Source: Fidelibacterota bacterium | GTDB taxonomy: Bacteria; Fidelibacterota; Marinisomatia; Marinisomatales; UBA2128 | DNA length: 14,403 nucleotides | Reading direction: 5' to 3' | NCBI GenBank assembly: GCA_046861645.1 | Contig: JBHHUM010000052.1 | Location: 1 to 14,403 of the forward strand | Part shown: in pieces, positions 7,968 to 14,403 of the stretch | How positions within the stretch are numbered: position 1 is the stretch's first letter | Layout of the letters: each line of letters starts with the position of its first letter | Notes under the pieces: generated by a model | What the model was told of the DNA's origin: nothing | Database searches by the model: none | Seen by the model: only the letters and a program-made list of their open reading frames with translations | Position numbers and translations under genes: made by a program

Positions 7968-8951
7968 TTAGGAATTATGATGAGTAATAATCTCGTGGAG
8001 TTTTCCTCGGGTTACGGGTACCACACCCACTTCCTCACAAACACTACCTGCAGCATAATTGGCTAGAGCTGCTGCTTCGATTGAATCTGCACTACATAGA
8101 TAAGCTAATGTGAATGTGGCTATGACGGTATCTCCAGCCCCAGAAACATCGTGCACGCTTCGTGCTCTGGTAGGAATTCGGTGATGTCCATTGGTATCAA
8201 ACAGAGAAATGCCATGTTCTCCTCTAGTGATCATTAAATAACTACTTTCCAAACGTTTATAAAGTTTAGAACCTATTACATCAATATTATCTTCAGTAAT
8301 TGTGGTTGTACCTGTGGCAATGGCAGCTTCGGATGAATTCGGTTTTACGAGAGTTACACAACAAAAATCAAAGAAATGTTCCTTCTTAGGATCAGCGAAG
8401 ACAGGAATATTCTTTATATTGCAAATCTGTATTAGAGACTTAATCATGTTGCTATCAAAAAACCCTTTATCGTAGTCCTCTAATATCACTCCATCATAAG
8501 TATCAATAACATTTTGTATGTCATTTAAGAGAGACGATCGTAGGTTATCAGAAAGACCACTTGTATGCTCCCAGTCAGTACGCACGACTTGTTGCCCTCT
8601 GGCAATTATACGAGTTTTGACTGTCGTAGGACGGGAGGAATCCTTTAGGACAAAGGTGGTCTCCATTTCCAGCTTTTCTAATAGTTCTTGAAGAACGATA
8701 CCATCCCGATCATCACCAACAGCTCCACCTATCGTCACTTGAGCTCCTAAAGACCTCAAGTTAGCAGCTACATTTGCAGCACCTCCGGGATTACTGCTTG
8801 ATTCATGTACCTCTACCACAGGCACAGGTGCTTCAGGTGAAATACGCTTCACATCACCCCAGAGATAATTATCCAACATAAGATCCCCAATCACCAGGAT
8901 TCGCTTCTGGTTAAATTGTTCTTCTATTTCTAAATAACGCTTAACTCTCAT
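7968..8951 (-). CDS. rfaE1: D-glycero-beta-D-manno-heptose-7-phosphate kinase (stand-alone RfaE/HldE domain I, PfkB family)
   Basis: Motifs IGDLMLD, RISPEAPVPVV, GGAANVA, RPTTVKTR, DYDKG, VKPN and DVSGAGDTV. At 327 aa it lacks the adenylyltransferase domain. Confidence 0.92.
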   Translation of the reverse strand: MRVKRYLEIEEQFNQKRILVIGDLMLDNYLWGDVKRISPEAPVPVVEVHESSSNPGGAANVAANLRSLGAQVTIGGAVGDDRDGIVLQELLEKLEMETTFVLKDSSRPTTVKTRIIARGQQVVRTDWEHTSGLSDNLRSSLLNDIQNVIDTYDGVILEDYDKGFFDSNMIKSLIQICNIKNIPVFADPKKEHFFDFCCVTLVKPNSSEAAIATGTTTITEDNIDVIGSKLYKRLESSYLMITRGEHGISLFDTNGHHRIPTRARSVHDVSGAGDTVIATFTLAYLCSADSIEAAALANYAAGSVCEEVGVVPVTRGKLHEIITHHNS

Positions 8952-10473
8952 AATCTTGAATCAAAGAATGTCCAGTCATTTCTAACGGAATTTGTAAATC
9001 TAACAAATCAAGTATAGTAGGCGCTATATCAGCTAATCCTCCTTTCCTTTTTAATTTAACCTTTCTCTTCTGATTGACCACGAAAAATGGTACCGGATTC
9101 AATGTATGTGCTGTATGCATTTCTCCAGTCATTTCATCAATCATCATTTCCAGATTCCCATGATCAGAAGTAATGAAAACTACTCCACCCGTATTTATGA
9201 CTGCACGTGATACATCTCTGATGGCTTTATCCACCGTCTCCAGAGCTTGCACTGCAGCACTTAAATTCCCAGTATGACCTACCATATCAGGATTGGCAAA
9301 ATTCAAAATAAGACAATCGAAAGCACCTTCCTTAATAGCTGTAAGAGCTTGATTTGTAACTTCTGGAGCACTCATTTCAGGTTTCAAATCATACGTGGCT
9401 ACCTTTGGTGAAGGTACCATGATCCTGTGCTCTCCAGGAAAAGGTTGTTCTTCCCCCCCGTTAAAAAAATAAGTAACATGAGCATATTTTTCTGTTTCAG
9501 CCAACCTAAGCTGGGAATAACCCAACTTAGACAATAAAGCAGGTAATGTATTTACTAATTCATGCCTTTCAAATAGAACTGGATAGGAGAAAGTTTCATC
9601 ATAAGAAGTCATTGTCGTACAGTTCATTGGGGGGAGAGTCCGCTCGAATTCATCAAAGCTCTGACTCCCAAAAGCTGTTACGATCTGTCGCATTCGATCA
9701 GCACGAAAGTTGAAAAATAATAATACATCATCTTTAGAAACTACGGTAGGAGTGGTATGACTCCCAGTTAAGACTACAGGTTTAATGAATTCATCTGTAA
9801 TCCCAACAGAATAAGAAGCTTCTGTAGCTTTAACTGGATTTTCAAATTGTTCACCTTTAGCCATAGTATAACAATCGTAAGCGATACGAGTCCTTTCCCA
9901 GCGTTTGTCACGATCCATGACGTAGTACCTTCCCATAATAGAAACAATACTCCCAGTATCAGTCTCTTCCATGAACTTCTGGATTACTTTAACGTAATTC
10001 CTACCGGACTTAGGAGGAGTATCTCTCCCATCGGTAATGACATGGAGTGCCAGATCAGGTACACCTGCATTTTTAGCAAGCCATAATAACGCTTTCAAGT
10101 GATCGATATGACTATGAACTCCACCATCGGAAAGGAGACCCATCAAATGAAGGCAGGAATGATTTTTCTTTACTCTATTAAAAGCCGACCTCAGATTGGA
10201 ATTGTTCTGAAGAGACCCATCATGGATAGCGTCATTAATACGTACCAGGTCATGTCTGATAATCCGCCCTGCACCGATAGTCATATGTCCAACCTCTGAA
10301 TTACCCATGATGCCATCAGGTAAACCCACAGCAGCACTGGAGGTCTCCAGCGCTGACATAGGACATGAAGAAAACAATTCATCAAGGTAAGGCGTTTTAG
10401 CCTGGGAAATAGCATTCCCTTCCGGGTTGTCTCGCAACCCAAAACCATCCAGAATCAACAAAGCAAACTTCAA
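8941..10473 (-). CDS. gpmI: 2,3-bisphosphoglycerate-independent phosphoglycerate mutase
   Basis: Motifs LILDGFG, MGNSEVGH, SDGGVHSH, DGRDTPP, GRYYVMDRD, AETEKYAHVTYFFNGG, NPDMVGHTG, SDHGN and HTAHT. The likely start is TTG 10473 (510 aa), just downstream of the upstream stop at 10481-10483, rather than 10542. Confidence 0.95.
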   Translation of the reverse strand: MKFALLILDGFGLRDNPEGNAISQAKTPYLDELFSSCPMSALETSSAAVGLPDGIMGNSEVGHMTIGAGRIIRHDLVRINDAIHDGSLQNNSNLRSAFNRVKKNHSCLHLMGLLSDGGVHSHIDHLKALLWLAKNAGVPDLALHVITDGRDTPPKSGRNYVKVIQKFMEETDTGSIVSIMGRYYVMDRDKRWERTRIAYDCYTMAKGEQFENPVKATEASYSVGITDEFIKPVVLTGSHTTPTVVSKDDVLLFFNFRADRMRQIVTAFGSQSFDEFERTLPPMNCTTMTSYDETFSYPVLFERHELVNTLPALLSKLGYSQLRLAETEKYAHVTYFFNGGEEQPFPGEHRIMVPSPKVATYDLKPEMSAPEVTNQALTAIKEGAFDCLILNFANPDMVGHTGNLSAAVQALETVDKAIRDVSRAVINTGGVVFITSDHGNLEMMIDEMTGEMHTAHTLNPVPFFVVNQKRKVKLKRKGGLADIAPTILDLLDLQIPLEMTGHSLIQDYES

Positions 10474-10480
10474 ATTTCTA

Positions 10481-11155
10481 TTATCGGGGATGTTTGAGAG
10501 ACCGAACTTTCGAAATATGACCATTGTCAAGAAACAAAACAACAGAGGCTATTTCTTTGATCTTAGAAAGTTCTGAACTACTCAATATCACCGTTGTGCC
10601 ACGGGAACGGGCATTATTTTTTAATCGTCGATCTAAGTCTCTTTTAATGTTAGGGTCGAAGTTTATACCATAATCATCCATCAGTAAAACTTTGGGATCC
10701 GATTCCATTGCAGTTATCAATTTGAGCTTAGCAACTTGTCCACTGGAAAGATTTGAGACCAACCCATCCCATGGCGTAGATACTTTAGCTGACGCGTAAT
10801 ATTGCTTATATATTTCTCCTACCTTGTCCGGAAGAATACTTTTCACGTAATCGCTTACAGTCCCTTTATAATTAATGGGTTCATCATCCAACATCAGGAG
10901 ATCTTTTGGGACTTTAATTTTCCCTCGCCAAGTCTTCTGAAACTCTTCAGTTTCATACTTTACCGTACCTTCTGTAGGAGACAGACGGCCACCTAAAATG
11001 TTTAAAAGAGTTGTCTTTCCGGCTCCAATTGGTCCAATAATTCCATAAATAGCACCACGATGAAACTGAAAGTTTCTTATTTTCAGGTTAACAATACTGT
11101 CTCTAACAACTTTTACTTCATTCAATTCAAAAATAGGAATTTGTATTCTATTCAT
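10481..11155 (-). CDS. ABC-type ATP-binding protein with degenerate catalytic motifs
   Basis: Walker A GPIGAGKTT, signature-like LSSGQ, Walker-B-like DPKVLLMDD and C-terminal VLFLDNGHI. It has a strong AGGAGG ribosome-binding site. Confidence 0.8.
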   Translation of the reverse strand: MNRIQIPIFELNEVKVVRDSIVNLKIRNFQFHRGAIYGIIGPIGAGKTTLLNILGGRLSPTEGTVKYETEEFQKTWRGKIKVPKDLLMLDDEPINYKGTVSDYVKSILPDKVGEIYKQYYASAKVSTPWDGLVSNLSSGQVAKLKLITAMESDPKVLLMDDYGINFDPNIKRDLDRRLKNNARSRGTTVILSSSELSKIKEIASVVLFLDNGHISKVRSLKHPR

Positions 11156-11162
11156 CTATCAA

Positions 11163-11168
11163 CCTCCT
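11163..11168 (-). promoter_or_regulatory. Shine-Dalgarno sequence of the ABC ATPase gene
   Basis: AGGAGG on the minus strand, 7 nt upstream of ATG 11155. Confidence 0.8.
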
Positions 11169-11234
11169 CAATACATAGTGGTTAAATAAGGCAAACCTGA
11201 ATATCAGGAATAGATCAGTTAGTTGAGGAGAATC

Positions 11235-12161
11235 TTAATGAAGAGATTCCAGATACCGCTCTGCTTCAATAGCTGCCATACAGCCACTTCCAGCAGCAGT
11301 TACTGCCTGGCGATAGAGATGATCCTGTACATCCCCGGCAGCAAAAACTCCCTCTACTGAAGTTTGGGTAGAGCCGTTTTTCGTAATCACATAACCATGA
11401 TCATCGAGTTCTAATAATCCTTCAAAAAGAGAAGTGTTAGGAGAATGCCCAATTGCCAGAAACACGCCATCACAAGATAATTCCCGAGTAGAAGAATCTA
11501 AAGTACTTCTTAATACCACACCGGTTACACCGGTAAGTTTATCCCCAAGTATATCATTAATAGTGGCGTTCCATTCAAATTCGATCTTCGGGTTTTCTAA
11601 TGCTCTCTTCTGCATGATTTTTGACGCTCGCAGTTCATCCCGTCGATGAATAACAGTTACCTTGGAAGCAAATTTAGTTAAGAATAAAGCTTCCTCCATG
11701 GCACTGTCTCCGCCTCCCACAACTATGACTTCCTTCTCTCGATAAAAAAAGCCATCGCAGGTAGCACATGCTGAAACACCGTGCCCCATGAGCTGTTCTT
11801 CAGCTTTAAGGCCAAGAAGGCGAGCAGTTGCACCAGTAGAGATAATCAAAGCATCAGATTCAAATTTTTCTTCTCCAATGAATACTTTGAATGGTCTTAC
11901 GGTTAAATCAACTGCTGTGACGTGCTTGAAATAACACTCCGCTCCAAAACGTTTAGCCTGATTACGAAATAATTCCATCAGTTCAGGTCCCATAACACCA
12001 TCCGGAAAACCCGGATAGTTTTCTACATCTGTGGTAATCGTTAATTGACCCCCCGGCTGATTCCCTTCAAACACCAGCGGTTCTAAATTAGCTCTGGCTG
12101 TATAAATAGCAGCTGTCAACCCGGCGGGACCGGAACCAATAATAATTATTTTCCTTTTCAT
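11235..12161 (-). CDS. trxB: Thioredoxin-disulfide reductase
   Basis: Motifs [24 protein letters not shown], redox [26 protein letters not shown] and FAAGDV...[12 protein letters not shown]. Confidence 0.97.
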   Translation of the reverse strand: MKRKIIIIGSGPAGLTAAIYTARANLEPLVFEGNQPGGQLTITTDVENYPGFPDGVMGPELMELFRNQAKRFGAECYFKHVTAVDLTVRPFKVFIGEEKFESDALIISTGATARLLGLKAEEQLMGHGVSACATCDGFFYREKEVIVVGGGDSAMEEALFLTKFASKVTVIHRRDELRASKIMQKRALENPKIEFEWNATINDILGDKLTGVTGVVLRSTLDSSTRELSCDGVFLAIGHSPNTSLFEGLLELDDHGYVITKNGSTQTSVEGVFAAGDVQDHLYRQAVTAAGSGCMAAIEAERYLESLH

Positions 12162-12174
12162 TCAGGTTTTTTTA

Positions 12175-12504
12175 TCAGGTGAGAATGCGATCCAACACCT
12201 GGGTAATGTTTCCTTTGGGGACAGATCCAACAACTTGATCAGTCACCGCTCCTTTATTTAAGAATAGGAGAGTAGGGATACTTCTTACTCCATACTTCAT
12301 AGCCGTTTGCGGATTATGGTCAACATTTAATTTACCAACCTTTATCTTACCCGCATATTCGGCAGCGATTTCCTCCACAGTTGGAGCAATCGCATGACAG
12401 GGTCCGCACCACTCTGCCCAAAAATCAACCATAACAGGAATATCAGAATTCAGTACGTCCTGTTCAAAGTTACTATCTGTGAACTCTATAGTATTGCTAC
12501 CCAT
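12175..12504 (-). CDS. trxA: Thioredoxin
   Basis: VDFWAEWCGPC active site and SIPTL cis-proline motif; 109 aa. Confidence 0.97.
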   Translation of the reverse strand: MGSNTIEFTDSNFEQDVLNSDIPVMVDFWAEWCGPCHAIAPTVEEIAAEYAGKIKVGKLNVDHNPQTAMKYGVRSIPTLLFLNKGAVTDQVVGSVPKGNITQVLDRILT

Positions 12505-12508
12505 TTTT

Positions 12509-12515
12509 CCTCCTT
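12509..12515 (-). promoter_or_regulatory. Shine-Dalgarno sequence of trxA
   Basis: AAGGAGG on the minus strand, 4 nt before ATG 12504. Confidence 0.8.
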
Positions 12516-12546
12516 ATTTCTGAGTAGTCATTAAATATGTCACAAG

Positions 12547-12574
12547 AATTTAGCTTAACCTGAACAACCGTCAA
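12547..12574 (-). promoter_or_regulatory. Putative sigma70-type internal promoter for trxA-trxB
   Basis: TTGACG (12574-12569), 16-nt spacer, TAAATT (12552-12547), located in the 83-nt tyrS-trxA gap. Confidence 0.45.
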
Positions 12575-12587
12575 AAGCAGAAACACA

Positions 12588-13799
12588 TCAGGGAACAAGT
12601 TTTAAGAATTTCCTCTTACCTACTCTTAAGATTCGAGGTTCCTTGACTACTATAACTGCATTGATATCATTGATTTTTTTTCCATCCACCTTTACTCCAC
12701 CTTGCTCGATGAGCCTCCTTCCTTCACGCTTAGATGAGATAAGTCCTGCCTCATGCAATACGGTTAATATAGCTATGGGGGATACTGAAATAACATGCTC
12801 ATCCATTACCTCTGGTTCATCTCCTTTGATGAATATTCTATCAAATTCATCTTCAGCATTTTGTGCACTTACAGCAGAATGATACATTGTGACCAATACC
12901 CTTGCCAGGTAACGTTTCAGGTTTCTTGGATTCTCTCCGCTTTCTAATTGGGATTTAATTCCCAACAAATCTTTAGTGGATATGTTTGTGGCTAATTCAA
13001 AGTAAGGAACTATGAGTTCATCGGGAATTGATAAGGTCTTACCGTACATTTCCTGTGGTTCTTCAGTGATACCTATGGCATTATCATAGGATTTAGACAT
13101 TTTCCGGACTCCATCCGTCCCCTCTAAAAGCGGTGTGGTGATAACTATCTGAGGATCTTGCCCGTAATCCTTCTGAAGATCTCTCCCCACCAAAAGATTA
13201 AATTTCTGATCTGTACCACCTAACTCCACATCTGCTTTCAGCTCTACGGAATCCATCGCTTGGGCAAGGGGATAGAGAAACTCGTGCAGAGAAATAGGAA
13301 CTTTATTTTTATAACGTTTCTCGAAATCATCACGTTCTAACATACGAGCCACAGTATAGTGACTGGTTAATCTGATAACATCATCAAAATTCATAGGGCT
13401 AAGCCATTCAGAATTATATACAATTCTTAGTTTCTCAACATCCAAAACTGCCGATGCTTGAGTAACATAACTCTGCCCGTATTCCTTAGTTTCTTCCTGG
13501 GAAAGTTGAGGACGCGTCTTGTTCCGCCCAGAAGGATCTCCAATCATTGCGGTAAAATCACCAATCACCAGAATGGCGGTATGACCTAAATCTTGGAAAT
13601 GCCTGAGTTTCCTGAGAACCACAGTATGCCCAATGTGCAGATCTGGACGACTGGGGTCACATCCAAGCTTAACATTTAATGGTTTCTTTAATAAAATAGC
13701 CGATTCTAGTTTTTGTACTAGTTTCTCCTCGGAAATAACTTCATCTACTCCTCGCCTGATCAGATCCATCTGTTCATTGATAGGTGGAAACTTGCGCAT
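12588..13799 (-). CDS. tyrS: Tyrosine--tRNA ligase
   Basis: Motifs KLGCDPSRPDLHIGH, GDPSGR, FLYPLAQAMDS, ELGGTDQKFN and KMSKS, plus a C-terminal S4-like domain ending VGKRKF. The start is ATG 13799 or GTG 13802; both overlap the smpB stop. Confidence 0.97.
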   Translation of the reverse strand: MRKFPPINEQMDLIRRGVDEVISEEKLVQKLESAILLKKPLNVKLGCDPSRPDLHIGHTVVLRKLRHFQDLGHTAILVIGDFTAMIGDPSGRNKTRPQLSQEETKEYGQSYVTQASAVLDVEKLRIVYNSEWLSPMNFDDVIRLTSHYTVARMLERDDFEKRYKNKVPISLHEFLYPLAQAMDSVELKADVELGGTDQKFNLLVGRDLQKDYGQDPQIVITTPLLEGTDGVRKMSKSYDNAIGITEEPQEMYGKTLSIPDELIVPYFELATNISTKDLLGIKSQLESGENPRNLKRYLARVLVTMYHSAVSAQNAEDEFDRIFIKGDEPEVMDEHVISVSPIAILTVLHEAGLISSKREGRRLIEQGGVKVDGKKINDINAVIVVKEPRILRVGKRKFLKLVP

Positions 13800-14263
13800 C
13801 ACTGGTTCCCCCGACCCTTTAATTCTCTTTCCATCGCTCGTTTTTGATCCTTTTCAGAAAGTGCTGTTTTCTTCTCATAGCTGCGCTTGCCTTTAGCCAA
13901 GGCGATCTCAACCTTTGCCCATCCTCTTTTAAAGTAAATCTTTAACGGAATAATTGTGTGATTTTTAATGACTACATTTCTTTCAAGTTTTCTTATCTCA
14001 CGATGGTTAAGTAATAATCTTCGTTCACGATAAGGTTCGTGCCCCATAAATCCTGTATGAGAATAAGGAGCAATATGACATCCAATTAGAAAAACCTCAC
14101 CATTGATGACTCTGGCATAAGAATCTTTCAGGTTAGCTCTCCCTTCCCGTAAACTTTTCACTTCACTACCTTCTAACTCTATCCCAGCTTCGAATCGCTC
14201 CAGGATGTGGTAATCATGAAAAGCCTTGCGGTTTGTCGTAACAGCTCGAAAATCATCACTCAT
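13799..14263 (-). CDS. smpB: SsrA-binding protein SmpB
   Basis: Motifs NRKAFHDY, FEAGIELEGSEVKSLR, RERRLLL and KVEIALAKGK. ATG 14263 gives 154 aa, the usual SmpB size. The ORF-track TTG at 14332 lies inside the predicted promoter. Confidence 0.96.
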   Translation of the reverse strand: MSDDFRAVTTNRKAFHDYHILERFEAGIELEGSEVKSLREGRANLKDSYARVINGEVFLIGCHIAPYSHTGFMGHEPYRERRLLLNHREIRKLERNVVIKNHTIIPLKIYFKRGWAKVEIALAKGKRSYEKKTALSEKDQKRAMERELKGRGNQ

Positions 14264-14303
14264 TCTCGACGGAGAAAATAACTGCAGCACGCTAATAGTT
14301 ACA

Positions 14304-14332
14304 AGCTTAATCCTTGTTTGATAGAGGAGCAA
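14304..14332 (-). promoter_or_regulatory. Putative promoter of the smpB-tyrS transcription unit
   Basis: TTGCTC (14332-14327), 17-nt spacer, TAAGCT (14309-14304), about 40 nt upstream of the smpB ATG. Confidence 0.45.
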
Positions 14333-14350
14333 AACCTAATTTTGCGCCGC
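14314..14350 (+). promoter_or_regulatory. Putative tRNA promoter with GC-rich discriminator
   Basis: TTGTTT (14314-14319), 17-nt spacer, TAATTT (14337-14342), followed by GCGCCGC (14344-14350) just before the tRNA 5' end. Confidence 0.5.
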
Positions 14351-14358
14351 TGATTATC

Positions 14359-14403
14359 GCCCGGATGGCGGAATAGGTAGACGCGCATGGTTCAGGACCA
14401 TGT
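14359..14403 (+). tRNA. tRNA-Leu(CAG), 5' half (truncated by the window edge)
   Basis: The sequence reads GCCCGGA-TG-GCGGAATAGGTAGACGC (Leu-type D arm with GG), then an anticodon stem-loop CATGG-TTCAGGA-CCATG with CAG at 14393-14395. Confidence 0.93.

Noticed and set aside
10474..10542. ORF-track N-terminal extension of gpmI
   Set aside because: It overlaps the ABC ATPase gene, and family similarity begins at LKFALLILDG (TTG 10473).
11190..11210. Intrinsic terminator after trxB
   Set aside because: The stem is only 5 bp with a 3-nt loop, followed by UUUG rather than a U-tract, which is too weak to call.
403..13896. All short plus-strand ORFs in the track (63-127 aa)
   Set aside because: Each lies antisense to well-supported minus-strand genes and has no recognisable motif. 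For example, 2376-2609 (VDLPQPDSPT) is simply the reverse-strand shadow of the ABC Walker A region.
14264..14332. ORF-track N-terminal extension of smpB
   Set aside because: It is not SmpB-like and coincides with the predicted promoter elements.
14359..14403. tRNA-Leu as an integration site for an island or prophage
   Set aside because: The tRNA 3' end lies outside the window and no integrase or duplicated att sequence is visible, so this cannot be assessed.

Overview
This is a gene-dense, AT-rich bacterial chromosome segment made mostly of housekeeping genes. Fifteen CDSs run on the minus strand in this order: smpB, tyrS, trxA, trxB, a degenerate ABC-type ATPase, gpmI, rfaE1, a secreted beta-propeller protein, a GWxTD-domain protein, a PD-(D/E)XK Fe-S nuclease, RNase HI, long-form glucose-1-phosphate thymidylyltransferase, an OppF-like ATPase, mtaB, and a deoxynucleoside kinase cut by the left edge and missing from the ORF track. 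Most junctions have overlapping stop and start codons. A tRNA-Leu(CAG) begins divergently on the plus strand at 14359 and is cut by the right edge. The gene content suggests an FCB-superphylum relative such as Marinimicrobia, but this is inference only. I found no mobile element, CRISPR array or recognisable defence island. The best candidates for something undescribed are: (i) a coupled four-gene block of propeller, variant GWxTD protein, Cas4/AddB-like nuclease and N-extended RNase HI; (ii) an orphan ABC ATPase with several catalytic motifs altered; and (iii) an anti-Shine-Dalgarno element just after the trxB stop that can sequester that ATPase's ribosome-binding site. All three are hypotheses.
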